DNA of 64,000 bases. It comes from Mycoplasmatota bacterium. GTDB lineage: Bacteria > Bacillota_I > Bacilli_A > MAG-NZ. Below are positions 20,273 to 30,709 of the stretch, piece after piece. Position numbers and translations under genes: made by a program. The stretch's first letter is position 1, and every line of letters begins with the position of its first letter. Under the pieces are notes generated by a model, which ran no database searches, was not told the origin of the DNA, and worked only from the letters and a program-made list of their open reading frames with translations. The stretch is taken from NCBI GenBank assembly GCA_018394315.1, contig CP074575.1, forward strand, positions 1,396,615 through 1,460,614, read 5' to 3'.

Positions 20273-21859
20273 ATGAAATATAGAACAAAATTAATAATAG
20301 TAATAATAATAATATTTTTACTATCTTTTGGGTTTACATCTATTTTGACTACTAAAAGAGTGAATTTTATAATAGAGCAATCTACGGATACAAATATATC
20401 GAACGTAGCAAAAAGTGTAGCTAATGATAAAACTATTCAAACATGGCTATCAAAAAGAGATGATAGAATAGCCGATTATATTGAAACTCTTCATTATAAA
20501 ATCGAAGATATAGAGTATGTGGTTGTGATAGATATGGATTCAATAAGATATTCACACCCTAATGAGGATAAGATCGGTTTAAAATTTCAAGGTGGAGATG
20601 AGTATAAAGTTTTAAACGGTGAATCTTATATTTCGTATGGATATGGGACTTTAGGTTACAGTAAAAGAGCATTTGAGCCTATATATTATAATGGTTTGCA
20701 AGTAGGCGCAGTTTCAGTTGGGAACTTGGTTAATACGGTATCTAATTATCAAAACCAGCAGCTAGTGCTTTTCTTATCTATTTTTACGATTGGATTAGGC
20801 ATTTCATCAGTTGGATTTTGGTTTTTATCTAGAAATATTCGTAGTAGTTTGATGGGATTTACTCCTGAAGAAATCACCTCGCATTATTTAGAGAATGAGA
20901 TGGTTTTAAACGAACTAAATGACGGTATTCTAGTTATTAAAAGGAACTTAAAAATCGCTTATTATAACAAGAAAGCTGAAGAACTTTTAGATCTTAATAA
21001 CTCAATAGGGATGAATATAGATGTAATTTTACCTAAACACAATTTATCTAGAGTCCTTGAAGAAGGTAAAGAAATTAATAACCGAGTAGAGACTTTGATA
21101 AACAATCAATCAGTAATTACAAGTAGGTTTCCGTTGTATAGAGATGACAATAAGATTGTTGGAGCAATCATTATCTTTAAATCTCAACATGAGATTCACG
21201 AGTTGTTAGATGAAATTAGTGGTTACCGTGAAGTTTCTAAGAGCTTAAGAGCTCAAAAACATGAATTTAAGAATCAATTACATGTTATATTAGGATTAAT
21301 AAAATTAAAAGAATACAAATTAGCGGAAGAATATATCTCTAATAATGAATTACAATTAAATTCCATTACAGATAAGTTTGATAAGATCTTAAAGGATGAA
21401 AAAATATCAGCACTCTTAGTAGGGAAAGTAATAGAGAGTTCTGAATATAATACAGATATTATCTTAAGCAAGGATTCTTATTTAACTGAAATGCATTTAC
21501 CCATTAGTTCAGATGACCTAATTATTGTGTTAGGAAATCTTATTGAAAATGCATTTGATGCAATTAATAGTTCAAACAAAACCGAAAACAGAATAGATTT
21601 AGCAATAATAGAAGATGAACTTAATGTCAAAGTATCTATTAAAGATACTGGTGATGGTATATGTGACAGTGTTATTGATAATATGTTTGAGGCAGGAGTT
21701 ACTACTAAAGACCCTGATAGGGGCATTGGACTTAGTTTGGTTAATCATGTAGTAAATAAGTATAATGGAATTAAGTCAGTTCAAACGAATGAAAAAGGTA
21801 CTAGAATAGAAATAATACTAAAGAAGGTAAAGGAAAATGAAGAAGGTTTTAATAGTTGA
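20273..21859 (+). CDS. CitA/DcuS-family sensor histidine kinase
   Basis: RYSHPN...FQGGDE sensor, PAS, LRAQKHEFKNQLH, GNLIENA, DTGDGI, RGIGL. Confidence 0.92.
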   Translation: MKYRTKLIIVIIIIFLLSFGFTSILTTKRVNFIIEQSTDTNISNVAKSVANDKTIQTWLSKRDDRIADYIETLHYKIEDIEYVVVIDMDSIRYSHPNEDKIGLKFQGGDEYKVLNGESYISYGYGTLGYSKRAFEPIYYNGLQVGAVSVGNLVNTVSNYQNQQLVLFLSIFTIGLGISSVGFWFLSRNIRSSLMGFTPEEITSHYLENEMVLNELNDGILVIKRNLKIAYYNKKAEELLDLNNSIGMNIDVILPKHNLSRVLEEGKEINNRVETLINNQSVITSRFPLYRDDNKIVGAIIIFKSQHEIHELLDEISGYREVSKSLRAQKHEFKNQLHVILGLIKLKEYKLAEEYISNNELQLNSITDKFDKILKDEKISALLVGKVIESSEYNTDIILSKDSYLTEMHLPISSDDLIIVLGNLIENAFDAINSSNKTENRIDLAIIEDELNVKVSIKDTGDGICDSVIDNMFEAGVTTKDPDRGIGLSLVNHVVNKYNGIKSVQTNEKGTRIEIILKKVKENEEGFNS

Positions 21860-22505
21860 AGATGATCAAATGGTTGCTCACATAAATACTAAATATATAC
21901 AAAGAAATGTTTTTTATAGTGTGGTGAAAGTCGTTAATGATGGCAAAGAAGCACTTGATTTCTTAAAAGATAACAAAGTTGACTTAATTATTTTGGATGT
22001 ATATATGCCTAGAATTAATGGTCTTACCCTAGTAAAAAGACTTAGAGAAATTAACTGCTTGACAGATATCATTATGGTTACAGCTGCAAATGAAAATGAA
22101 ACCATTGATGAATTTTTTAAATTGGGAGTAATTGATTATTTAGTAAAACCATTCTCCTATGAACGATTTCAAATGGCTATAAAAAGATTTGAACAAAAGG
22201 TTGACACTTTTTCCAAAAAATATGTAAGTCAAAATGATATTGATAAGTTCTTGAAAGTTTCCAATTATAAACTACCGAAGGGGTTGCAAATTGAAACTCT
22301 GAATTACTTAATTGAAGTACTTTCTAAAAATGAAGGATATTATATGGACATAGAAGAAATTGCTAAGAATAGTAATTTAAGTAAAGGATCTTTAAGAAAG
22401 TATTTAGAGTTTCTAGAAGATAATGGTAAAGTAGTAAAAGAGATTGATTATGGTGCTATAGGAAGACCCAAGCACAAGTTCCATATTAAGATTGATCAAG
22501 AGTAA
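21837..22505 (+). CDS. CitB/DcuR-family response regulator
   Basis: VLIVEDDQMVA, LDVYMP, DYLVKPF, YGAIGRP. Confidence 0.92.
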   Translation: MKKVLIVEDDQMVAHINTKYIQRNVFYSVVKVVNDGKEALDFLKDNKVDLIILDVYMPRINGLTLVKRLREINCLTDIIMVTAANENETIDEFFKLGVIDYLVKPFSYERFQMAIKRFEQKVDTFSKKYVSQNDIDKFLKVSNYKLPKGLQIETLNYLIEVLSKNEGYYMDIEEIAKNSNLSKGSLRKYLEFLEDNGKVVKEIDYGAIGRPKHKFHIKIDQE

Positions 22506-22736
22506 GAATCAAATTATTAAAGAGGCTCTTTTTTTAGAGAATTTACTATATGTTATGTAAGAATTATATATATTATTTAATGCTATATGGGTATTTACTT
22601 TAGTATTTATATACTAACTGTTCTTATTTTTTTGAAACTTCATAAAAAATGTGACGTAAGTGATAAAATATGCTAATTTATTTTTTTTCTATTCATATAA
22701 TATTTTTAGAACTTCAATCTCTTTTTAGGAGGAAAA

Positions 22737-23429
22737 ATGAAGAAATTACTTGTGATAATGTTAGTAATGGTGTGTTCATTAATTTCGACAGGATATTCAT
22801 ATGCATACTGGTCTGATACTTTAATTGTAGATGGTACAGCTAACACTGGAGAATTATCAGTAATTTTTACTGAGGAACAAGAGATTGATAAACCACCATA
22901 TGTTGTAAGTAATAATGAAGTAACCACAAAAGTATTTACTATAAATCTTCATAATCTATATCCAGGTGCCAAATATGTAACTAAAGTAGAGATAGCGAAT
23001 ATTGGGACAATTCCAGCAATTTTAGATTTCGTAGAATTAGTTAGCACTGACCTTAACGAATTAAGTCAATATGTTGAAGTGACTTTAGAATTTATTACTG
23101 ATTCTGATCAAACTAACCCTACTAGATCTGTTATATTAAGTAATGATCCTTGTAAATTGCTACCTCAGTTAGGTTTATTATTAGAAGTTGATGGCCCTAA
23201 CTCAACTGGATGGATGAATGTTATAATAGAAGTACTTGATGACGCACCATACAATGAAACTGTCAACTTTGCATTTCATCTGAATTTTGTACAGTTTAAT
23301 GATTTTAAATATAAACCATGTAAAGGTAATCATTATGGAAATGATAAACATGATTGTAACGAGCAAGATGAAAAGAATAAACATAATGGAGAGGATTCTA
23401 AAGACGATCATCATAAAAATAATGAGTAA
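22737..23429 (+). CDS. SipW-type signal peptide protein (TasA/camelysin-like) with Asp/His-rich tail
   Basis: GYSYAYWSDTL...TGEL signal, NLYPG...NIGTIPA motif. Confidence 0.65.
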   Translation: MKKLLVIMLVMVCSLISTGYSYAYWSDTLIVDGTANTGELSVIFTEEQEIDKPPYVVSNNEVTTKVFTINLHNLYPGAKYVTKVEIANIGTIPAILDFVELVSTDLNELSQYVEVTLEFITDSDQTNPTRSVILSNDPCKLLPQLGLLLEVDGPNSTGWMNVIIEVLDDAPYNETVNFAFHLNFVQFNDFKYKPCKGNHYGNDKHDCNEQDEKNKHNGEDSKDDHHKNNE

Positions 23430-23788
23430 GACTGAGTATGTTAATATAGTGAACTAGTACTCTAATTAGTAGAATAAGAAATTCTGCTAAATGGGTACTT
23501 TTAATTGGATAAAATGTGAAAAATAGTTCCTAATTCAATAAGAGTCATTCGTTTTAATAGGTTATGGAATGAGAAACTTGATTATCAAATTGAATATCTC
23601 ACTTCATAATCAACTTAAGCGATCAAATCCTAATCGTTTATCAGTATAAAATATTAAGAAAACTTTACGAGATTTCTAAAAAATTCCTATTTTGACATAT
23701 TTTTCAAAAATAATTGAGTTTACTTTGTGCGAATAAAAAGAACTAGACTTTGTTGATTGTTAATCTAGTTCTTATTTTATGGGGGTGT

Positions 23789-23881
23789 ATTCGAACTCTC
23801 TAAACACAGATTTAAGCTTATATATTATTAAGATTTCAAGCCATTATATCATGCAACATGGAAACTGGTTTTCACCTTAGA
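23789..23881 (+). repeat. att-like repeat, type A
   Basis: ATTCGAACTCTCTAAACACAGATTTAAGCTTA...CATTATATCA...TGGAAACTGGTTTTCACCTTAGA. Confidence 0.9.
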
Positions 23882-23944
23882 TAAGAAGTTGAAAATATTT
23901 TTCTACTTTTAAATTATGATTATGAGATTATTATAATTATAATA

Positions 23945-24262
23945 TTACAGTTTTAAAATACCTACTATCAGACCAATTATTACTACTAACGATAAACCGA
24001 TTATTTTTCTCCTCTTGTAATTTTTCAATATTTCATTTTGCAATATCATTATGAAAATATTAGATTGGAATATAAGGATATATATACGGTAGTTTCGATA
24101 GTTAATTAGTATATAAATTGTGTATATTAGTGATAAGATGAAAAGAATGTTAGTTACTATTCTTAATAATTTTGAAGCTGTGTGAATGTACCTATTAGCA
24201 AAATATAAAAACATTACAAACAAAGAAGACAATAAAAAAATCAGGTAAGTTTGTAACTCCAT
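23945..24262 (-). CDS. small membrane protein (single-gene cassette)
   Basis: GGAGAGAGG RBS, 4 hydrophobic segments, lies between two repeats. Confidence 0.65.
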   Translation of the reverse strand: MELQTYLIFLLSSLFVMFLYFANRYIHTASKLLRIVTNILFILSLIYTIYILINYRNYRIYILIFQSNIFIMILQNEILKNYKRRKIIGLSLVVIIGLIVGILKL

Positions 24263-24383
24263 TTCCTCTCCTCCTACTCTAAACAGTTTATAGGTTACTT
24301 AACGTTACAATATTATACCATAAAAGAGAGAGTTAAATATTTCACTTACAATGTTGCTGAACGGAGAAGTCATAAAGAAGCGA

Positions 24384-24480
24384 GGATTCGAACTCTCTAA
24401 ACACAAATTTAAGCTTATAATTTATTAAGTTATCAATGACATTGTAACATATGACATGGAAACTGGCTTTCCACCTTAGA
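24384..24480 (+). repeat. att-like repeat, type A
   Basis: GGATTCGAACTCTCTAAACAC...TGGAAACTGGCTTTCCACCTTAGA, then AAAAGTGAGA..TCTCACTTTT hairpin. Confidence 0.92.
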
Positions 24481-24595
24481 AAAAAGTGAGATTATTTCTC
24501 ACTTTTGACATTAACAAATTTTAGTATAAATAATACTTTTTGTTTGGATACCTTTAAATGTTCTGAGTAGGAGAAATACCGATAATATCATCGTC

Positions 24596-25759
24596 TTAAT
24601 CACTTATAACTATCAAATTAGGTAAACGTAAATATTCACAATGTATTATCAGCTCATTTTCGATAGCGTCAGTTAGTGTTATTACCTTATCATCAACTAA
24701 CAGTACATAATCAGAGAATGAACCTCCTATCATAGTGTAATTACCAAAAGTTTCTTCATAATCAAGATCATAACTATTAGAAGCATTATAATACATAGGA
24801 TTTTGATACATCCCGATATATACACCATTTCCATCAAAATAATTATTGATAATTTCCGGGACGAAGTGTTTTTCGTTCATGAATACTTTCTCAGCTGTAG
24901 TTTGACCGGGAAAAGTTTCTAGTAAAATATTGTAAGTTATATTAACTAAGTTACCTACTTTAAAGTCACTTGACACACCAGGTGCGTACTTAGTGTTACT
25001 ACCAATTCCTACAGAAGTAAGTCCTGGCTGGTATAAAGAGCTAACTAAAATATGGGATTCATCAGCTTCGACAATAGGTCCTATTATGTTATAGTTTTCA
25101 CCGATAACTGCTGGGTAATAAGCTCTTATAGCTGTAGCTTTCCAAGGATAACTAGACTTATCAAGATCCTTAATTACAAACTCGAGGTAATATCTCCAAC
25201 GTTCAGTTTTAGGGAAGTCATCAGGAATATATGTTTCGTCATTAATCTCAACCCATATATGGCCATAGTTGGATAATTTATCTGGAATAAGCAATTTATT
25301 ATCTTTTTCCTCTCTTGGTCTTCCGCCAACCATGTATTCAATAGGATACTCGCTAAAATCTCTTCTTTTACAAGCACCTTTTATTGAGCACAATTCTTCA
25401 ATAGATATCCCTAACTCATTAATGCTCGTTCTACCATTAACTTTGTAATCTGGACCAGATAACATATATGCATTACCATCTTTGAAAGCAAATACTCCTG
25501 TATAACAATTACTACCCCCACGTCCAGATATTTGTAACTCTCTATTCAAAACAACGGGCATAACGATATCCTCAGTACAAGCATCAGAAGAAATAGTATC
25601 TCTCTTCCATATCTCATAATTGCTCACTTCCCCGAGATATATAAGATCTTTCTTTGGAACTCTGTATTTATCACTTATGATTGATGCACTACGATTAAAG
25701 AAACAAGAAGAAACTATCATTATTGAAATTAAAATAATAATTGTTCTTAAAAACTTCAC
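24596..25759 (-). CDS. cassette lipoprotein paralog 1 (DUF3221/YobA-like OB domain possible)
   Basis: GTG start after AAGGGTGA; lipobox VSSC; paralogs at 48759, 50249, 62555. Confidence 0.8.
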   Translation of the reverse strand: MKFLRTIIILISIMIVSSCFFNRSASIISDKYRVPKKDLIYLGEVSNYEIWKRDTISSDACTEDIVMPVVLNRELQISGRGGSNCYTGVFAFKDGNAYMLSGPDYKVNGRTSINELGISIEELCSIKGACKRRDFSEYPIEYMVGGRPREEKDNKLLIPDKLSNYGHIWVEINDETYIPDDFPKTERWRYYLEFVIKDLDKSSYPWKATAIRAYYPAVIGENYNIIGPIVEADESHILVSSLYQPGLTSVGIGSNTKYAPGVSSDFKVGNLVNITYNILLETFPGQTTAEKVFMNEKHFVPEIINNYFDGNGVYIGMYQNPMYYNASNSYDLDYEETFGNYTMIGGSFSDYVLLVDDKVITLTDAIENELIIHCEYLRLPNLIVISD

Positions 25760-25860
25760 ATAAATCACCCTTTCTTCATAGTTGAACTCAAATAATATCA
25801 TATCAGACCCCCCAAAAAAAGAAAATAGGTTCGACAAAGTAATATTTTTGGATTATAGAA

Positions 25861-25957
25861 GGATTCGAACTCTCTAAACACAGATTTAAGCTTATATATT
25901 ATTAAGATTTCAAGCCATTATATCATGCAACATAGAAACTGGCTTTCCATGCTTGAG
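25861..25957 (+). repeat. att-like repeat, type A
   Basis: GGATTCGAACTCTCTAAACACAGATTTAAGCTTA...GAAACTGGCTTTCCA. Confidence 0.92.
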
Positions 25958-26095
25958 AAAAAAATCACCTCTACAGTTCTCTTTCTATAAAAATACAAAA
26001 TATTGATTATGTTAAAGTTAAAGTAATACTTGACTTTAACAATATTAAATGATATATTAACATTGTTAAACATAGAATATAGTAGGAGGTCTAAA

Positions 26096-26404
26096 ATGCC
26101 AATAAATGTCATGCCAAATTGGATCGTAAGTTTAGATGATGAAGATATTACATTTGTGAAAAGATTCATAATGTCTTCGGGTTCTTTAAAGGAAATTGCA
26201 AAGCAGTATAGTGTTACGTATCCAACAGTAAGATTAAGACTAGACAGATTGATACAGAAAATCAAAATTGAGGATGAAATTCCTAATGAAAAATATATAT
26301 CACTGATTAAAAGATTAGCTCTTGACGAAAAAATAGATTTTGCTACTGCTAAGGTTTTAATATCAGAATATAAAAAAGAGAAGAATGAGGGGGACTTAGT
26401 ATGA
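26096..26404 (+). CDS. DUF2089-family HTH protein
   Basis: FVKRFIMSSGSLKEIAKQYSVTYPTVRLRLD; AGGAGG RBS. Confidence 0.8.
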   Translation: MPINVMPNWIVSLDDEDITFVKRFIMSSGSLKEIAKQYSVTYPTVRLRLDRLIQKIKIEDEIPNEKYISLIKRLALDEKIDFATAKVLISEYKKEKNEGDLV

Positions 26405-26811
26405 GTAGTGTTGTGCCAATAGCTTTTTTTATTGCTAATATTATTATTATTTTAATAATAATATACTTGCAAATATTTTTATCAAAAATAAGAAATAGAT
26501 GGGTTGGATTAATATTGCCATCTATTAGCTTATGCATTGCAATTTTAGCTTCTGTTAGTGCACCTGTTTACTATAGTGAAACAATTGAAGTACAATCAAT
26601 AAATGAGGATGGTGAAAGTACTACAGAAGTCATAGAGTACATTGTAGACGAACCAAATATCGACATCTCTTCGACAATTTTTACGGTGATAACGACATTT
26701 GTATTATTTAACGTTCCAACATTAATCTTGATTGGAATTTATATAGCCAGTAGAGATAAGATTAAGAAGAACTCAGAAATAGAGAAAATGAGTATCATAG
26801 ATTTACAGTAA
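26401..26811 (+). CDS. membrane protein
   Basis: QIFLSK...WVGLILP and EIEKMSIIDL motifs; coupled to the DUF2089 gene. Confidence 0.75.
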   Translation: MSSVVPIAFFIANIIIILIIIYLQIFLSKIRNRWVGLILPSISLCIAILASVSAPVYYSETIEVQSINEDGESTTEVIEYIVDEPNIDISSTIFTVITTFVLFNVPTLILIGIYIASRDKIKKNSEIEKMSIIDLQ

Positions 26812-26895
26812 AACTATGTGATAGGTAATAATACATGACTATAAATAATAAAGGTAAGCATATGTACTGAACCCCAAAGTTCGGACTAATAAAAA

Positions 26896-27639
26896 CTAAA
26901 TCAAGCAATGTTCTCGGTATTGTACCGGGGACATTTTTAGTTTAGTTACTATCCTTTCATTATTATAATAATTAATGTATTTCTTAAGTTCTCTTATGAA
27001 CTGTTTGACTGTTTTGAACTTATTCACATGGTAAAATTCCGCCTTTAGATGAGAGAAAAAGTTTTCAGCCTTAGAATTGTCCAAACAGTTGCCTCTTCTA
27101 GACATGCTTTGTGTTATTTCCTTGTCTTCTAGATATGTTTGGAATCTTCTGTTTTGATACTGGAATCCCTGATCTGAGTGGACTATGGTATTTTTCATCT
27201 TAGTAGTAATTCCCTTTTCTAACATTTCAATAACTAGTCTTACATTGGGATTAAATCCTACTGTATAGCTTATTACTTCGTCGTTATGGATATCTATTAA
27301 CGGTGATAAGTATATCTTTCTACCATCTACCTTAAATTCAGTTATATCAGTTACTAATTTTTCTTTGAATATATTAGTGCTAAAATCCCGATTAAGTTCA
27401 TTGTTGGCTATCTTACCAACTTCCCCTTTGTATAATCTATATTTTTTCACTCGTATTTTAGCCACTAATCCTAATGATTTCATTAATCTATATACTTTCT
27501 TGTGATTAATTACTAAACCCTCATTTCTTAAAACTATGGTTATTCGCCTATAACCATATCTACCCTTATGTTTATAGTATATATTGGTTATTTTGCTTTT
27601 TATTTCTTTATCGTTATCAGAATCTATATTTTTGAGCAC
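26896..27639 (-). CDS. IS3 transposase OrfB (DDE); true 5' end likely reached by frameshift from OrfA
   Basis: YGYRRI, VTDITEF, HSDQGFQY, SRRGNCLDN..AENFFSHLKAE. Confidence 0.92.
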   Translation of the reverse strand: MLKNIDSDNDKEIKSKITNIYYKHKGRYGYRRITIVLRNEGLVINHKKVYRLMKSLGLVAKIRVKKYRLYKGEVGKIANNELNRDFSTNIFKEKLVTDITEFKVDGRKIYLSPLIDIHNDEVISYTVGFNPNVRLVIEMLEKGITTKMKNTIVHSDQGFQYQNRRFQTYLEDKEITQSMSRRGNCLDNSKAENFFSHLKAEFYHVNKFKTVKQFIRELKKYINYYNNERIVTKLKMSPVQYREHCLI

Positions 27640-27725
27640 ATCAAAATAAGTAGACTTAGCTAAGTTGGCTATCTCAAGAATAGGTTTTAGAACTCCGTGT
27701 TTTTGCCTTAGTTCAAATACTATTC

Positions 27726-28202
27726 TTACTTTTTCTTTCGTTTTCGCTCTTCCCGTTCTTGAACTAAGGCGTCTAGCTTTTTTAGATATTCTAGTTCCAA
27801 TCTTAACCTTTGGTTTTCTGCTAATAGGTCTTCATTTTTATTCAAATCCTTTGGTTTTTGTACAATCTTACTTTTTCTTCCTCTTCCATCTATGGATAGT
27901 CCATCAATGCCGTACTCATGGTATTTTCTTTCCCATTTATGTAGTGTTCCAGCAACAATACCATATTTCATGTCTGTTTCTGCGTATCCGTATTCCCAAA
28001 AATATTCAAGTATCTCAAACTTTTTTTCGCTAGATATTTTCGTGTTTTTCTTTCTCATAAATCCTGTAGTTTTACTCTTTCTAACCCACCTGTATATAGT
28101 TTCATCTGCCTTTAGGTTGAATTTATTCATTGTAGCAGTTAGACCATACTTATTATAGTAGCTAACTACTTTCACCTTAAATTCTACATCATATTTTGCC
28201 AA
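27726..28202 (-). CDS. IS3 transposase OrfA (HTH)
   Basis: MAKYDVEFKVKVV...ENQRLRLELEYLKKL. Confidence 0.9.
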   Translation of the reverse strand: MAKYDVEFKVKVVSYYNKYGLTATMNKFNLKADETIYRWVRKSKTTGFMRKKNTKISSEKKFEILEYFWEYGYAETDMKYGIVAGTLHKWERKYHEYGIDGLSIDGRGRKSKIVQKPKDLNKNEDLLAENQRLRLELEYLKKLDALVQEREERKRKKK

Positions 28203-28298
28203 AGTAAAAGCACCCCTTCCTTTCTAAGTTTACTTAGTCCGGATTTTGGGGTGCATTACAATATTGACTTACCTTTTGTTATCTATTTTATAACGTTA

Positions 28299-28330
28299 GA
28301 TTCGAAATCTCTAAACACTGATTTAAACAC
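28299..28330 (+). repeat. truncated or divergent att-like repeat
   Basis: GATTCGAAATCTCTAAACACTGATTTAA, then divergence. Confidence 0.7.
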
Positions 28331-28568
28331 TAAAGATTTCTTTAAATCTTGATATACTCTCTTTAATGTGTGGATAATATTTTACTGAATATGCATCTCC
28401 CTCTATTAGAATATAACATGATGGATGATTATACAATCGATTACTATTAGAAGTTTTGCAACTGTCATTTGCAATCCTAAGAATTCAGAAAAGAGTTTCG
28501 GATAGAACTACGTTCATACGATATTTTATATTATATATAATTAGCATGACATTATGTTGCGAAACGAC

Positions 28569-29969
28569 CTAAATTATTTCTGGTAGTTTAATAACAAATT
28601 TTGTTCCTTTATTTAGTTTACTGTATGTGTAAATTTCTCCGTTATGTTGTTGGATAATGTAATCACAAATCGTTAGCCCTAAGCCTGCTCCCCTTCGCTT
28701 TGTTTTACTATCTTGCTCACCTTGATAAAATGGATTAAAAATGTATGGTAAATCTTTAGGTTTTATACCTTGTCCATCGTCCTCTATTATTAAGATAATG
28801 TGATTTTCTTCTAATTCCACGTATATATTAATGTTTCCGTTCTCATTGGTATGTTTATCGGCATTATCGATCATATTAAGAACCACTTGCTCCATTCTAC
28901 CTGGATCTGCATAAATTAGAACATTTGGAATGTTATTTTGTATAGAAATGGTTTTAGTTCTATTATATTTTTTTTCGATATCTATAAAGATACTATTGAA
29001 CATGTCACGAGCATAGACTTCCTTTAATTCCACACTTAATTGATTTAAATCTTGACGTGAATAACTGAATAAATCTTCAATGATTATGTCTATTGAACTG
29101 ATTTTTTTCATTATAGTGTTTGTGTATTCTTTTTCAGAGACTGTGAGATTTTCACTTTGTGCAAGAACTTCTGCACCCATTTTGATATAGGATAAAGGAG
29201 TCCTGATTTCATGCGATATTTTAGCTAATAATTCTTTTCGAGTATTTTCTTGGTTAGCCATTTGAGTCAACAATCGACTAATTTCTTCAATCATATACTT
29301 GTATTGAACACTCACTGGATAAATTATTGATTTCTGGTCAATATTTAATTCATAGTTATATTCACCTTTTGAAATGCTGATTAGTCCTTTTTCAAGGTCT
29401 CTTAGAGGATTATTGATTTTTTTATTGTATTTAATAACTAATAAAGTAATTAAAGTTAATATTATAAAACATTCCATAATCATTACTATAAGTAAATAGG
29501 TTGAACTAGTTGAAAAAGAAATAACTCCTGGTGGTATTTCAAATATCAAAAAACCTTCTACATTTTCGTTATGATAGATTGGAAATGAAAATTTATAATG
29601 TCCTTCATTACTACCTAGATATGAGTAATCCTGATATAAAACTTCTTTCAAGTTTACAGTATCCCCTACAAAAATGTCATTATTACTGTATAATACTTTC
29701 CCAGTTCTATCTGTGACAAATGCATAACTATTAATATCTCTTAGCATTAAGTTTATTTTATCGTTAGTTTCAACTGTTTCAATTGAAGAAAAATTATTCT
29801 CAATTTCATTCAAGATTTCTGAAGTATACACTCTTACGAGGTTAATATTATACATGTTTTTAATATTACTTGTTTCTTTATTTATATATAAGAAAGTTGT
29901 TGAAAAAAATAAAATAATACAAAAAGATAGAAGAAGAAAAAGTTTTTGAAATGAGTCGTTATTTTTCAA
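28569..29969 (-). CDS. sensor histidine kinase (HAMP-HisKA-HATPase)
   Basis: ISHEIRTPL, NMIDNADKH, DDGQGI, GAGLGL. Confidence 0.92.
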   Translation of the reverse strand: MKNNDSFQKLFLLLSFCIILFFSTTFLYINKETSNIKNMYNINLVRVYTSEILNEIENNFSSIETVETNDKINLMLRDINSYAFVTDRTGKVLYSNNDIFVGDTVNLKEVLYQDYSYLGSNEGHYKFSFPIYHNENVEGFLIFEIPPGVISFSTSSTYLLIVMIMECFIILTLITLLVIKYNKKINNPLRDLEKGLISISKGEYNYELNIDQKSIIYPVSVQYKYMIEEISRLLTQMANQENTRKELLAKISHEIRTPLSYIKMGAEVLAQSENLTVSEKEYTNTIMKKISSIDIIIEDLFSYSRQDLNQLSVELKEVYARDMFNSIFIDIEKKYNRTKTISIQNNIPNVLIYADPGRMEQVVLNMIDNADKHTNENGNINIYVELEENHIILIIEDDGQGIKPKDLPYIFNPFYQGEQDSKTKRRGAGLGLTICDYIIQQHNGEIYTYSKLNKGTKFVIKLPEII

Positions 29970-30648
29970 GTTTATATCCTATACCCCAAATGGTTTTTAT
30001 ATAAATTGGATTCTTTGGATCATCTTCGATTTTTTCTCGAATCTTTCTTATATGTACTGTGACAGTATTAACATCACCAAAATCATCGTACCCCCAAATA
30101 TGATTAAACAGTTGTTCCTTTGTAAAAACTTGTCCAGGATTATTTGCTAAATAATTAAGTATTTGAAATTCCTTTGCAGTAAGATTTATTTTCTTTTCAT
30201 TTATATATAGTTCAAAAGCTTTATCATCAATATGTAAATCTCCGAAATGCTTGATGTGACTATTATTTATAGGTTTGGTAAGTTCTTTATATCGTCTTAT
30301 GTGTGCTTGAATTCTAGCAGAGAGCTCAGCTGGGCTGAAAGGTTTTGTTATGTAATCATCGCTTCCAAGACCAAGTCCCATTATTTTATCTACATCTCCG
30401 GACTTAGCACTTAAGATAACTATTGGTATACCTGTCTTTTTACGCATTATTTTGCATAATTCTAAACCAGATCCATCCCCAAGATTAATATCTAGGATAA
30501 TTACATCAAAATTAGACTTTTCAAAAATGAGTTGACCCTCTTGAAATGAATTTGCAATTATTATTTCAAACCCCTCTTTTTGGAGATAATCTTTCAACAT
30601 TGTTGCTAATTCAATCTCATCGTCAACCAATAAAACTTTATCCATCAT
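29959..30648 (-). CDS. OmpR-family response regulator
   Basis: DDYITKPFS, VTVHIRKIREKIE, TIWGIGY. Confidence 0.93.
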   Translation of the reverse strand: MMDKVLLVDDEIELATMLKDYLQKEGFEIIIANSFQEGQLIFEKSNFDVIILDINLGDGSGLELCKIMRKKTGIPIVILSAKSGDVDKIMGLGLGSDDYITKPFSPAELSARIQAHIRRYKELTKPINNSHIKHFGDLHIDDKAFELYINEKKINLTAKEFQILNYLANNPGQVFTKEQLFNHIWGYDDFGDVNTVTVHIRKIREKIEDDPKNPIYIKTIWGIGYKLEK

Positions 30649-30709
30649 AGCACCTCTCTTTCACACTCATTATAGCATAATAGAGTAAAAGAACGAGAAG
30701 TTCGTTCTT

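Larger units (their letters stand above)
26863..28260 (-). mobile_element. IS3-family (IS150-like) insertion sequence, 1398 bp
   Basis: Imperfect TIRs TGTACTGAACCCCAAAGTTCGGACTAA / TGTAATGCACCCCAAAATCCGGACTAA; 3-bp ATA target duplication; orfA and orfB. Confidence 0.93.

Noticed and set aside
25760..25837. Long N-terminal extensions on the cassette lipoproteins in the ORF track
   Set aside because: Lengths are inconsistent among paralogs; RBS plus GTG plus signal peptide define the later start.
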